Source: Candidatus Binatia bacterium (GTDB lineage Bacteria > Desulfobacterota > Binatia > UBA9968 > CAXXLF01). Taken from it: a DNA stretch of 64,000 nt. The notes under the pieces are model-generated. The model was not told where the DNA came from. It saw only the letters and a list, made by a program, of their open reading frames with translations, and did no database searches. Position 1 is the first letter of the stretch. The number at the start of each line of letters is the position of its first letter. Made by a program: the position numbers and the translations under genes. Positions 10,874-21,675 of the stretch are shown here, one piece after another. The stretch covers positions 1,088,001 to 1,152,000 of the forward strand of contig CAXXLF010000002.1 in assembly GCA_963664015.2 (NCBI GenBank), written 5' to 3'.

Positions 10874-11563
10874 TCAGATGATGGGAGTCTTTCTGCTCAC
10901 GATACGCTCCAGGTGGAGGTGTCGGGCGGCGACCTTCGCTTGACCGCGGTCCCACTCGATACCGATCCATTGACGCCCCATTCGGGCTGCCACGGCTCCG
11001 ACCGCCCCGCTGCCAAAATAAGGATCCAGGACCCTCCCGGTCGGGGCCAGGTTAAGGATCTTCTCAACCACCGCCGGAGGCATAGCGTCCCAAAGGCTGC
11101 CGGAGGGCGACCAGGGGATGGGCAGGTGCAGGCAAAGGGGATCCTTGGGAGGAAGGCTGCGTATCCCGGCCTTGATAAAGCGTAGCAGGTAATTGATCTG
11201 ATCATCCCACCGAAGGCTGGAAGGGCACTCGATCCAAAATCCCTTTCCCTGAAACGACCAGCCCTTCTGGCGGAGCGAATCGGCCACCAGGGCATCCATG
11301 GCGATCCACTCGCGGCCATCATGACGGTCTCCCATGATAAGCCAGAGCTCGCCGCGAGGCTTTAGCACCCGAAGCCACTCGCGACCGTGTTCGGTAGCAA
11401 TCCTAGTGGCGTATCGTGATGCCGAGGGGCGCCCCGTACCCCGTATCCAGTAAGGCGGGCTCGTCAAGATCACACCCACCGAACCGGCAGCTATCATGGG
11501 CATCGTCCGGTTGTCTCCAACCACAAGAACACCCGACCCGTCTTTACTCTGGTATCGAACCAA
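10874..11563 (-). CDS. Orphan beta-class N4/N6 DNA methyltransferase
   Basis: Catalytic TSPPY precedes the SAM-binding VLDPYFGSG and WIGIE motifs. Confidence 0.75.
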   Translation of the reverse strand: MVRYQSKDGSGVLVVGDNRTMPMIAAGSVGVILTSPPYWIRGTGRPSASRYATRIATEHGREWLRVLKPRGELWLIMGDRHDGREWIAMDALVADSLRQKGWSFQGKGFWIECPSSLRWDDQINYLLRFIKAGIRSLPPKDPLCLHLPIPWSPSGSLWDAMPPAVVEKILNLAPTGRVLDPYFGSGAVGAVAARMGRQWIGIEWDRGQAKVAARHLHLERIVSRKTPII

Positions 11564-11576
11564 CCGTGAATCTCCT

Positions 11577-11675
11577 TTAGACCTTTCTCCAACCTATTTC
11601 TGTAGGCTGAAGAACCTCCTGGATCGACTTGATGATGTGACCGTCACAATCGATAACCTTGATCTTTTCTCCCAT
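11577..11675 (-). pseudogene. 5' remnant of an amidohydrolase-2 gene
   Basis: MGEKIKVIDCDGHII..., stops after 32 codons. Confidence 0.6.
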
Positions 11676-11884
11676 GCCAATTCTTCTCATATGAAAAATA
11701 TCTGAGGTCAACTTTTAGAGATCATAGAAAGCACAACGGACTGCCCGTCTCTTTTCGTATAATACTTGTGGCCCCGTTCTTAAACTTCAAGCACACAACT
11801 TTATTCTGCCATCAACTAATGGAACGTTAGCGCATAGCAAAGAATTGATTTAGTTGAATAGAAATTGCTTTTAAACATCCGCCG

Positions 11885-13099
11885 TCACTCAATGGCTTTT
11901 TCCGGACTAGGCAGCATCCAGTACGTGAAACACCCAAGGACAAGGGACCCGATTCCACCGATGAGATAGAGGGCATCGATCCCCGCATGTTCCAGAAGCC
12001 AACCGGCCCCTATATTGGACGTGATTCCGGCCATTCCCATTCCGACCATCGAGTAAAGGCCTTGGGCTGTGGACCGAAGCTGCTCGGGGGCTACCGCGTC
12101 CAGGTAGAGAGGGGCGCCCAGTAAAACACCGACGACCGTCACAGCATGCAGCGCCTGGATAGGATAGAGCCAGAAAAGATCATCGATCATACCGCACAGG
12201 GTCCAGCGCAGCCCACTTGCCAAAATACCAATCAGGAGAAGGCCGCGGGCCCCAAACCGGGTGAGACCGATGCCCGTGAACAAGATCAGCGGGACTTCAA
12301 CCGCGAGCATCAGAATCCACATGCCTCGTATTGTATCGATGTCCCCCCCACGCGAGCGGATGAAGACTGGAAAAAACCACATGGGACCATGGAGCATAAT
12401 ATAGGCGACAAAGACAAAGAGTAGGAATCGAACGAAGGCTCTGTTTCCGAACAAACCGCGCCAATCACCACGGGCCGCGCGAAGTGCGACGCTTCCTTCT
12501 CGGGGAAGTCGGAAGCTAATCAGGGCGGCCAAAAATACAAGCACCGAGGCGACAACAAACATAATCTCTAGTCCTGGTTGTGATGGCCCTCCTGGTTCCT
12601 GGGCCAGGCCGGACCATTTCTGGTAGGCCTTCAAGACCCAGGGAAAACCGACAACGAGCACAAAAAACCCGAGGGTCCCCCACACTCGGACGAAGCCATA
12701 GGCGTGGGGCCCCGCGTTACGAAGCACGGCAAGGCTTACAGACATCGTGATCGGCATAACGCCGGTCTCAAAGACGGCAAAGAGCGCCGTTGCAGCAATG
12801 ATCGCCAAAAATCCCGTGGCCCCGGCAAGGACCAGATAACCAAGAGACGTCCCGATGACAAGGCACGCCAGCACACGGCTTCGAGCACCGGTCCGGTCAG
12901 CCACCTGCCCCCACAGAGGTTGTACCACGATGGCTATCAAAGGCATGATCGCGAGGGCGATTCCAACTTCAGTACCCGATAGTCCCGCATTCTCTCTCAG
13001 ATAGAGGCTGAAATAAGGGAAGAATATGCCCAGGGCACCCATGTAGACGAACCAGAATAGGTTGAGTGGCCCCGAGTGCCACAGGATCGGAGCTATCAT
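11885..13099 (-). CDS. MFS transporter (nucleoside:H+ symporter/HcaT-like)
   Basis: QPLWGQVADR, YGFVRVWGTLGF and RSTAQGLY motifs; about 12 TM. Confidence 0.88.
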   Translation of the reverse strand: MIAPILWHSGPLNLFWFVYMGALGIFFPYFSLYLRENAGLSGTEVGIALAIMPLIAIVVQPLWGQVADRTGARSRVLACLVIGTSLGYLVLAGATGFLAIIAATALFAVFETGVMPITMSVSLAVLRNAGPHAYGFVRVWGTLGFFVLVVGFPWVLKAYQKWSGLAQEPGGPSQPGLEIMFVVASVLVFLAALISFRLPREGSVALRAARGDWRGLFGNRAFVRFLLFVFVAYIMLHGPMWFFPVFIRSRGGDIDTIRGMWILMLAVEVPLILFTGIGLTRFGARGLLLIGILASGLRWTLCGMIDDLFWLYPIQALHAVTVVGVLLGAPLYLDAVAPEQLRSTAQGLYSMVGMGMAGITSNIGAGWLLEHAGIDALYLIGGIGSLVLGCFTYWMLPSPEKAIE

Positions 13100-13103
13100 C
13101 TTC

Positions 13104-14414
13104 CTAGTGCTTCACTTTTTGGGGCGAGCGAATGGCAAGGCACAGGAAGGCCGAAACCGTTAAAGCCATAATTAAAATAGTAAACGGGAGGAAGTAGCTT
13201 TTGGTGATGTCATATAGAAACCCAAAGAACGGAGGACCCGCAGCTGCAAAACCGTGGGTCATGAGCAGTCCCAATCCCCTCACTGTCCCCAACGACAGCC
13301 GACCGAAGTAAGCGGCCCAGAGTAGATCGGTCAGGACCATACCCCCGGAGATACCAATCCCATAGAGGAAAAACCCTAGATAGACAGGAACGAGTTGGGT
13401 CGTTGCTACGGCCATGGTTAACCCTACAGCCTGAACCGCAAACTTGATGACCAATGCCTTTCGAACTTCGATTCTCTCAGCGACGATTCCCCAGATCAGG
13501 GGAAAGGTTAACTGGGTGAACGCAATGATGCTCAAAACCGTAGCGGCAACGACGGCCGAACCGCTCATCTCGCTGACGTACGGAAAGATGTGAAGGTTCA
13601 AACCGGCAACGCCGACATTGGCAATAGACAAGGCGGCAACAATCAGCCAGAAGGCTTGAGTCCGAACCGCTTCTCTGCGGCTCCAGACCACTTCCTCTGA
13701 AGAATGCTGAACTGGGGGAGCTGCCCTTTCCCCCCCTCTTTCGGATGAGCCGGAATGGACAATGGGCTCCGCCGCCCCATCAGGATGAAAACCCATGTCT
13801 TCAGGGCGCCGGCGCATAAAGACAGCAGCGGGACCAACCACGAGGAGCAATGTCAAAACGCCGAAGACCGCCCAAACCAGCCGCCATCCAATTCAGGCAA
13901 TGAGGGAAGCGGCAATGATGGGCATCCCAATTTTCGCCGAGCCGATTCCCATGCTGGAAAAGGCAAGGGCGCGACCGCGTTTCTTAAAAAACCAACCGGA
14001 GATGGCCACGTTAATGACCATATAAGCCATAAAGGCATCGCCGATGCTGAGAACCCACCGTACAGTCAAAAACTGCCAAAAGGCTTCTACCTGACTCAAC
14101 ACAATAAATCCCACGCCGACGGCCAATGCTCCAAAAGTCATCAACCAGCGAGGACCATGACGGTCAACCATGGATCCGATCATGGGCGAGAGACCCGCAC
14201 TGATAATCCCTTCTCCTGATCGCAACAAAGAAAACACACCGCGGGAGATCCTCAGGTCCTGCGTCATGGGTTGCAAAAACACCCCCAGGGTACTCGAGAG
14301 GGAAAAGACGGACGCAAAGTTACCGAGGAAACCCACGGCCACGATATACCAACCGTAGAAAAACCTTCGTCCCTGGGGGTCGTGTGTTTCGCTACCTATG
14401 GATCCCATCGCCAA
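13104..14414 (-). pseudogene. MFS transporter (OFA-like) with one in-frame TGA
   Basis: FFYGWYIV, VDRHGPR, WFFKKRGRA. TGA at 13893-13895 in IA*IGWRLVW (probably TGG>TGA); both halves share a frame. Confidence 0.85.
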
Positions 14415-14925
14415 CTCCGCACCATGATTCGATCGTCCTTCCGTCCGACTTTAATCGTTCCAAGAATTCATCGGCAGCAAGTCCCGTACGATAGGTAATG
14501 AGCAACCCCTATAACGCTCCGGTGGAGACGAGAATCCACGGGACAAGCCTAAGATCTTGCTTCAGAGTTGCCTTGACCGCAATTTGGAAACTCACCTGTA
14601 GTATCCTTGCCGACCTGGGATGAAAGGTCTCCGACTGTTCCAACCCAGGCCCAGGATAGGACGTGACTTCGCCGTTGTTGTCGGATCGGAGTTAACCATA
14701 GCTCAATCCAACCCCGAACCAAAGCCAACCTCCCCCGAATGGCGGAACGACTCAGACGCCATCGTCTTTGAATCGGCACCGACCTAACTGGGATTCACCG
14801 ATGGCATTCGGATTGAGTTGTCCTGCGTTGTCTTGCCGTGCAAGCTGGCCGGCGGTGGGCAACAGACTCAACGCTTGATGACAGCGAAGGGTGGGACGAT
14901 GGAACCCCAAAATTACGTGCAACCG

Positions 14926-15420
14926 TCAATGCTTTTTGCTCAAATACGGTATTAATTGATAGATTAGCCACACCACACCGAAAAAAAGCATATGGTTCCA
15001 GAACGGGGGACCGAAGGTCCGGTTCAGTCCGGGTAGCACCTCAGGTTGTCCCTTCCCCGCCAGCAGGCTGATGGTTACGGCGATTGCAGGCGCCGTAATC
15101 AAAGTTGTAAACCATCCCAGCCCGGCGGCAATGACCAGACCCAGGAGCATCTTGGCGAAATCGGTCAGCAGGAACGGAATCAGCATCAAAAGCGCGAAGA
15201 ACAACGCATACCCCAGGCTTACTCCCAGGTGGACTACCCAACCGAGAGGCAGCGTCAGAAACTGAGGATACCCCCCTTGCCTTACGACCTGCTGCCCCAT
15301 GAATCCGGTAATAGTGTGTGGCCCGGTGAGAACCTGAAAAACCCAGAACACCAGAGATCCGGCGATCCCCGCAACCAACCAGAGACTAGAATTAAAATGT
15401 TTCAATATATCTCCCTGCAA
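14926..15420 (-). CDS. Hypothetical membrane protein (about 4 TM)
   Basis: Hydrophobic segments with intramembrane His (GWVVHL, WNHML). Confidence 0.65.
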   Translation of the reverse strand: MQGDILKHFNSSLWLVAGIAGSLVFWVFQVLTGPHTITGFMGQQVVRQGGYPQFLTLPLGWVVHLGVSLGYALFFALLMLIPFLLTDFAKMLLGLVIAAGLGWFTTLITAPAIAVTISLLAGKGQPEVLPGLNRTFGPPFWNHMLFFGVVWLIYQLIPYLSKKH

Positions 15421-15555
15421 CAGAATTTAAGGGCTTCAAACTATTCCATAGGCCGCGCCAACCGGAACTCAATTTAAAACTAAGTGAGTTACACGTGTGG
15501 CGTCAAGATAAAAAAGCCAAAACTCACAGGTTCAGAAAAGACAATCACACCGTGG

Positions 15556-16047
15556 TCAATCATCAGCAACGGGGCTTTGCCTACCGTAGAGCCCCATGGC
15601 AGCGATACCCACACAAACAGAGACCGAAATGAAGAAGAAGGCTGGCTGGTTCATGGCGGGTAATACGGTAGCGTCCAGAGAATAGGGGCCAGGTCCCATG
15701 ATTCCGATGGCCACGCAGGTCCCGATTACTGCAATATTATACTCGTACCCACCGTCTCTCTCCCAAAACCCTTTATCCCGTTTGATCGTGATCATGGCCA
15801 CGACCATAACCGTAACGATTAGGGCACATCCCAGAAAGGTGACGGCACCCAGACTGAGCAACAGGCCGCCCGTTAGATTACCCAGTCCGCACAGGCTTGC
15901 CCAAAGACGCGGCACACGGAATCCCAGGCGTTGCATCACACTCGCCATAGTCCCGCCTCCAAACCAACCCATGTATTGATGCAGGCCATGGAACAGAAAG
16001 ATGATTCCGAACGTCAGACGCAGGATCAGCAGGCCGAGAGATTCCAT
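15556..16047 (-). CDS. DoxX family membrane protein
   Basis: LLILRLTFGIIFLFHG, GGYEYN and GPGPYSLD motifs. Confidence 0.9.
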   Translation of the reverse strand: MESLGLLILRLTFGIIFLFHGLHQYMGWFGGGTMASVMQRLGFRVPRLWASLCGLGNLTGGLLLSLGAVTFLGCALIVTVMVVAMITIKRDKGFWERDGGYEYNIAVIGTCVAIGIMGPGPYSLDATVLPAMNQPAFFFISVSVCVGIAAMGLYGRQSPVADD

Positions 16048-16065
16048 TAGGGGTAATCCTCCCAG

Positions 16066-17385
16066 TCACCTAGACGGAGGACCTAGTCTTTCTGCCTTTC
16101 TATGGGCACCCGCCTTAGAAGCGTCTGGAGGGAAGAGGCTGTCTCGCATGACATCGATCCAACGGACATGACGAGGAACGACCCTCCCCATAGCCCGCAC
16201 CCCATAATAAGTCGGGTCGAGGCCGAGGGGGTCGCCCCCTTCCCGAGTTTTGTGCACCGCCTGCATTAGCAAATGACGACCCGCAATGACTGCCCGGTCG
16301 GTACTCCCCAGGTGCTCGTGGGTCCGGTCCACGATGGGCCCCATACTTTCGGTAATCGCATGGTCCTGGGTATTGATCCCTTCGATCCCGGTATAGGTTT
16401 CATATTTCTGGACTTGCCGGTCGATAAGCCAGTCATTGTCTATGTTTCTGATCTTTCGAAAATCCGACGACTGTTCCTCGGAGCCTCTCCCCCGTACCTG
16501 TTCGATGTGAGCAAGTTGGCCGTCCTCCAGCGACTGATTGCCAAAGGCATACATCCAGTTATAAACCATACAATTTTCATCATCCATGGGTACCCACACA
16601 TGGCCTTCCACCATGGATTCCTGAGCAACTCCGGCGACAAAAGAGGAACGAATCTGGTGGAAGGGCATCACGAACTGGGCCGTCCAAACCATATTTTCTT
16701 TATCATTGATTGGATGAAGAGAGGCGCAAACATACCCGCAGTCCGTGATCTCAACATCCGATTCGGGAGTTGGGGATTCAATCCAGAAGCGTCGCGTTCC
16801 CGCCTTTGAAGTCTTGGGATCAACCACGCGGTGAAGGTACGATGCATGGGCGCCGTCGAACCCTCCTTCCAGAGCCTGCAACCAATTGCACTCCTGCCAG
16901 GTCTTTGACACAAACCGCCGCCCTTCTGGCACCTGGGTCCATTCGAACTTGGGTAATGGGGGCATCTTGTCTTCCGGCCCCATGTATGTCCAAATCACTC
17001 CGCCCAGTTCCACCGCCGGGTATGCCTTTAGGCGGATCTGGTCCTTGAAGTTTGTCGCCGCCGGTTCATTGGGCATGTCGATGCACCGGCCTTCGACATC
17101 GTACTTCCATCCGTGATAAACACAGCGCAGTCCCGACTCTTCATTGCGCCCCAAAAACAGCGAGGCCCCGCGGTGGGCGCAAAACTGGTCCAACAAACCG
17201 AGCCGGCCCTGGCTATCGCGAAATGCCACGAGACTCTCTCCCAGAAGCTTAATCCGGATCGGCGGGCAATCAGGCCCTACCAGTTCGGAGGAAAGGGTCG
17301 CCGGGATCCAGTATCGCCGCATCGCCGCTCCCATCGGAGTATCGGGCCCCGTTCGCGTCAACAGATCGTTTTCTTCCTTCGTCAT
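16066..17385 (-). CDS. Rieske non-heme iron oxygenase (phthalate 4,5-dioxygenase/LigXa-like)
   Basis: CAHRG...CVYHGW Rieske ligands, EGGFDGAHASYLH iron motif, QDHAITESMG. Likely start MTKEEN at 17385. Confidence 0.92.
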   Translation of the reverse strand: MTKEENDLLTRTGPDTPMGAAMRRYWIPATLSSELVGPDCPPIRIKLLGESLVAFRDSQGRLGLLDQFCAHRGASLFLGRNEESGLRCVYHGWKYDVEGRCIDMPNEPAATNFKDQIRLKAYPAVELGGVIWTYMGPEDKMPPLPKFEWTQVPEGRRFVSKTWQECNWLQALEGGFDGAHASYLHRVVDPKTSKAGTRRFWIESPTPESDVEITDCGYVCASLHPINDKENMVWTAQFVMPFHQIRSSFVAGVAQESMVEGHVWVPMDDENCMVYNWMYAFGNQSLEDGQLAHIEQVRGRGSEEQSSDFRKIRNIDNDWLIDRQVQKYETYTGIEGINTQDHAITESMGPIVDRTHEHLGSTDRAVIAGRHLLMQAVHKTREGGDPLGLDPTYYGVRAMGRVVPRHVRWIDVMRDSLFPPDASKAGAHRKAERLGPPSR

Positions 17386-17398
17386 GACCAAGACTCCT

Positions 17399-18883
17399 TC
17401 AATGCTTAGTTCGTCCGCGCAAACGACTTCGATCCTCAACCTCGAGGTAATCGGCCAGATTCACAGTTGGCCATTCACTTCGAGTAAAAAATCCGATGTC
17501 CTCTCCCTTTTTCATCTGGCGAAGTTTCCACGGAATTGTAGCGTCAATCACAAGCTTTGCCCTTGTAACCGGCTCACCCAATCGCTCCTGAACCCCGGCG
17601 ATGGGATTTACCCGGTTGGTTCTTGCCCTTGGCAATACATGGTGCTGCTCTGCAGGATCGCAACGTGTCGTACACGCCCACTCTACTTCGGTCAGGTCAT
17701 AGATGTTGATGTCCTCGTCCACCAGGACAACCTTGTCTAGATAATTGAGGAACCCGTATGCCGCCAGGGCGACGTTCATCTGCAGGCCCTCGTGCTGGAT
17801 CTCGGTTTTTCGGACCTTGATAATGCCCATATGGCCTGCAGTACGGGGCAAGAGATGGAAATCCACCACGAACTCGCCAAAGATCGACCGCAGGAATCGG
17901 TAGAACTGGGCCTGGGTTCCAATTCCCAGCATATGCGGCGCCAGACCTGGGATTAGGATATTCTCGACCGGATCGTTTCGGTAGGTTAGACACGTAATGT
18001 CGACGATCGGCGGATGAACCTCCATGCCCAGGTAACCCAGATACTCGGGCCAGGGACCGTCGTTACCCCGCTCATAGGGTGGCCGAATCTCCCCTTCGAC
18101 AACGATCTCCGCCGCTGCGGGGACTTCCAGGTCGACGGTCTTGCACTTCACCATCTGAAGAGGCGACTTCAGGATGCCCCCGGCAAAGTCCGTCTCGTCC
18201 GACCCATAGGGTAGCTTGCTGACTGCCGCCAGATAAACGGCCGGTGGAACGCTGATACATAGGGCAACCGGAAGCGGTTGGCCCAACTCCACCGCCTGCT
18301 GAAGATAGAGACCGCTATGCTGGTCCCACTGGATGTTAATGATCAAACGCCCGTCCGGTTGGATGCAGGCCCGGTTAACAGCCAGATTCAGCACACCCGT
18401 ACGTGGATGCCTTAGAAAAATTGCCATTTGATAGTACTTCCGCTCAACCTTGAGCGCCCCATGGGTCGGCGGGAGGTACTGTTCGAGGGCAACCGGTCCA
18501 AGCACAACGTTTTCCTGACACGGAGCGGCATCGACGAGAATGGAAGGGATGGGGTGATCGAGCGCATCCAAAAAGCTCGACTTGGTCATTGCCTGCTCTG
18601 GAGAGAAACCGCACATGAGTGCGAAGCGCCCCTGTTCGGCGAAGAGATTCCCGACCACCCGGCGACCCGGGTAACCTCGCACGTTCTCGAAAAGCACTGC
18701 CGGGATCGGTGTGATCGATGCAGCCGCACGGAGAACAGCAGGAATCTCGATGAGGGGATCCACTTCCCGTTGGATCCGTATGAGCTCATCCAGGGAATCT
18801 GCGGTCTCAAGAGCCCCCCGAAGGTCATGGGCGGACCTGGACCCTGTAGCACCTTCCAACGTGGGACCCTTGACCTGTTCCAT
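17399..18883 (-). CDS. UbiD-family (de)carboxylase
   Basis: DLRGALE, VLFENVRGY, VPAAAEIVVEG, DGPWPEY and VDEDINIYD motifs; start uncertain. Confidence 0.9.
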   Translation of the reverse strand: MEQVKGPTLEGATGSRSAHDLRGALETADSLDELIRIQREVDPLIEIPAVLRAAASITPIPAVLFENVRGYPGRRVVGNLFAEQGRFALMCGFSPEQAMTKSSFLDALDHPIPSILVDAAPCQENVVLGPVALEQYLPPTHGALKVERKYYQMAIFLRHPRTGVLNLAVNRACIQPDGRLIINIQWDQHSGLYLQQAVELGQPLPVALCISVPPAVYLAAVSKLPYGSDETDFAGGILKSPLQMVKCKTVDLEVPAAAEIVVEGEIRPPYERGNDGPWPEYLGYLGMEVHPPIVDITCLTYRNDPVENILIPGLAPHMLGIGTQAQFYRFLRSIFGEFVVDFHLLPRTAGHMGIIKVRKTEIQHEGLQMNVALAAYGFLNYLDKVVLVDEDINIYDLTEVEWACTTRCDPAEQHHVLPRARTNRVNPIAGVQERLGEPVTRAKLVIDATIPWKLRQMKKGEDIGFFTRSEWPTVNLADYLEVEDRSRLRGRTKH

Positions 18884-19090
18884 GGGGCACTTGTACCACA
18901 GGACCTCATACCCATCCAAGTCCGGTGACACCCCTAAGGCCAAGCCAAATGACAAATCGCCATATGGGGTTTACTTCCCATGCTCATCTAAGGTATTAGG
19001 CAACTGAGCCATGCGCGCTGAAATACCATTGGCGCTCACACCAATACTGAAATTAGGGTTAACAATCCTCATCGAAGAGTAAGGACTACC

Positions 19091-20221
19091 ATGCCTGAAG
19101 GGGTTCGCTTATACGCCGGCACACAAGACGGCCTGTCCGTCTGGCGTTCGACCAGTAACGGCTTCGAAACGGTTGCTTCAAGCTTTTCCGGTGGCATTAT
19201 TGAGGCGATCGCCGGTTGCACCCTCCACCCGGAAAGAGTCTTCGTCGGCGTCGCCCACGATGGGCTATACCGCACAGTCGACGGGGGAAACCATTGGACC
19301 AAGGTCTTGCAGGGTGACGTCAGGTCGGTCACGGTCGATCCCAATTCGGACGATATCGTATACGCGGGCACCGAACCCGTGATCCTCTACCGAAGCGATG
19401 ACGGAGGCGATAGTTGGGAGGGGTCCACTTCCCTGATGTCCTTTGCGTTGGCCCACGGTGTCCACTTTTTTCAGACCTTCATCCTACCAAGGGATTCCCA
19501 TCCCCCTGAGGTGAAGAACAAGTGGTGGTTTCCCCGTACTCCTCACGTAGCCCATATCACCTGTATATTCATCCATCCTGACGATTCGAACATCATCTAC
19601 CTGAGCGTCGAACACGGCGGCGTCGTGCGTAGCCATGACCGGGGGAAAACTTGGGAGGATGTCAGCCAGGGAATTGATTACCTCGACATTCACGTGATCA
19701 AGAACCAACCCGGAAGTCTTGAGCGTTACTTTGTATCCAGCGCGCGTGGATTTTATACCAGCACTGACCCTTCCCAAGGGTGGGTGCTGGCACAAAACGG
19801 ATTTACCCGCAACTACTTTCACGATTTTCTCTTCCTGCCGCCTCAGCGCGTAGACGACAATGCGACCCTAGTCATCGCAACTGCCGATCAGTCGCCGGGA
19901 TTCTGGAACCGACCGCAAAACGCCCGCTCCGCGGTCTTCCGCAGCTTGGACTACGCTCAATCTTGGCACCGCGTTGGCGAGGGACTCCCGGATATTCTCG
20001 AAGCCATGGTTTGGGCGCTTGCCCCGCATCCCCATGACTCCAATGCGCTCTATGCGGGATTGGGAAACGTCTCCCGCGGGTACGCGCTCCCCCTACCCCA
20101 CTACATGGGATCAGGGGGAAACGGTCACATCCTTTTCAGTCGTGACCGGGGCGAAAGCTGGGAGGACCTACATCTCCAGTTGCCTCCCGACCGTGTCCTT
20201 TGGGCCGCCCCGGATTCATGA
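19091..20221 (+). CDS. BNR/Asp-box beta-propeller protein, no signal peptide
   Basis: RTVDGGNHW, RSDDGGDSW, RSHDRGKTW, RSLDYAQSW, SRDRGESW. Confidence 0.85.
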   Translation: MPEGVRLYAGTQDGLSVWRSTSNGFETVASSFSGGIIEAIAGCTLHPERVFVGVAHDGLYRTVDGGNHWTKVLQGDVRSVTVDPNSDDIVYAGTEPVILYRSDDGGDSWEGSTSLMSFALAHGVHFFQTFILPRDSHPPEVKNKWWFPRTPHVAHITCIFIHPDDSNIIYLSVEHGGVVRSHDRGKTWEDVSQGIDYLDIHVIKNQPGSLERYFVSSARGFYTSTDPSQGWVLAQNGFTRNYFHDFLFLPPQRVDDNATLVIATADQSPGFWNRPQNARSAVFRSLDYAQSWHRVGEGLPDILEAMVWALAPHPHDSNALYAGLGNVSRGYALPLPHYMGSGGNGHILFSRDRGESWEDLHLQLPPDRVLWAAPDS

Positions 20222-20278
20222 CGCACTATTGACAAGATTGAATAATAAGTCCGCACATTAGGTTGCCATGTAACTAAT

Positions 20279-21631
20279 TTGACACGTCCCGATTGGGACT
20301 GTTACCGTTCAACAATGGATAACGAATCCCCCATGCAGCCGAAGGCGCACCCACCCTTACCCGTCCCATTCCATTACGGTTGGCTCGTTGTAGCCCTGAC
20401 CTTTATAACCAGCCTCACTAGCGCCGGAACACGTTCCGCCCTAACGGTTATGATTCATCCTCTAGAAATTGAATTCGGATGGACCCGGGTCGCCATCTCT
20501 TCGGCGGCCAGCCTGAACCTGTTCATTCTCGGCCTGACTTCCCCGCTGGGAGGATGGCTCATGGATCGTTTCGGGCCTCGGCGCATGATGATCATCAGCC
20601 TCACCCTACTGGTGATGGGAGTTACTGCGACTACCCAGATGCAACATCTGTGGCAGCTCATCCTTTTTTGGGGAGTCCTTACCGCAGTGGGTTCTGGGCT
20701 ACTTGGAGGAATCCTAGGAGCAACCGTAGCCAATCGCTGGTTTGTCTCTCGGCGCGGGCTGGCCATTGGAATCCTCCAATGCGCCAATTCTACAGGACAG
20801 CTGATTTTTCTACCTCTGTTGATGACTGTTATCGTTATCGCCGGCTGGCGAAGCAGTGTTTTAGTAGTGGTCGGTTGTGCCGTGGTCCTGATACCGATCA
20901 TTGCCATTTTAATGCGAGACGATCCCGCCCAGGTGGGTCTCAAGCCCTACGGAATGGCCGAGTCCGAATCAGCCTCAACCTGGGGACGGGACCGAAACCC
21001 AAGCGCCGCCGAACTAGCTCGTACGACCTCCATCACCGAGGCGATCAAGACACCTACTTTCTGGCTCCTCTGTGGCTGCTTTTTCGTTTGCGGGGCAACC
21101 TCAGGGGGACTGATCGGCACCCACCTCATCCCCCATGCCATCGATCAGGGGTTCCCAGAGGTCAAAGCCGCCGCCACGATTGGTGTCATGGGAGGGATGA
21201 ACTTTGTCGGGACCATGCTGTCCGGTATCATGACCGACCGGGTTCAGCCCAAAAAACTCCTGGCTATTTTCTACTCACTGCGAGGGGTGTCATTATTCGT
21301 TCTCCCCTACGTCACCAGCTTCACGGGCCTTTTTATTTTTGCAGTTATCTACGGACTAGACTGGTTCGCAACGGTTCCGCCAACCATTGCGATCACTGCC
21401 GACAAATTTGGCCGACGCTCCATCGGCCGCGTTTACGGATGGATCTTTCTCTCACACCAGGTAGGGTCCGCCTGCGCCGCCATTGGTGGAGGCCTTCTCT
21501 ATAACTGGTATGGAAACTATACCCTGGCCTTTATCATCGGGGGAATTTTGGGATTGATGGCTGGAGCAACCGCGCTGATGATACCCGAACGTCCTCCCGC
21601 ACCGCCACTGGCGGAAGCGGTTCCTGCTTAA
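20279..21631 (+). CDS. MFS transporter (OFA-like)
   Basis: HYGWLVV, MDRFGPRR, RWFVSRRGLA, YGLDWFATVPPT; start may be 20315 or 20333. Confidence 0.9.
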   Translation: MTRPDWDCYRSTMDNESPMQPKAHPPLPVPFHYGWLVVALTFITSLTSAGTRSALTVMIHPLEIEFGWTRVAISSAASLNLFILGLTSPLGGWLMDRFGPRRMMIISLTLLVMGVTATTQMQHLWQLILFWGVLTAVGSGLLGGILGATVANRWFVSRRGLAIGILQCANSTGQLIFLPLLMTVIVIAGWRSSVLVVVGCAVVLIPIIAILMRDDPAQVGLKPYGMAESESASTWGRDRNPSAAELARTTSITEAIKTPTFWLLCGCFFVCGATSGGLIGTHLIPHAIDQGFPEVKAAATIGVMGGMNFVGTMLSGIMTDRVQPKKLLAIFYSLRGVSLFVLPYVTSFTGLFIFAVIYGLDWFATVPPTIAITADKFGRRSIGRVYGWIFLSHQVGSACAAIGGGLLYNWYGNYTLAFIIGGILGLMAGATALMIPERPPAPPLAEAVPA

Positions 21632-21675
21632 TTGCCTAACTGCCTAATCTTAAGCCCTTAGACAAATCTCATTTT

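Noticed and set aside
13893-13895. In-frame TGA in the MFS gene as selenocysteine
   Set aside because: Membrane-helix context with no redox motif; best explained as TGG>TGA.
14500-14920. 420-bp intergenic region as ncRNA or riboswitch
   Set aside because: No recognisable motif or convincing stems by eye; needs an Rfam scan.
20479-21504. 341-aa alternative-frame ORF inside the MFS gene
   Set aside because: Arg/Pro/His-rich frame artefact of GC-rich codon usage.
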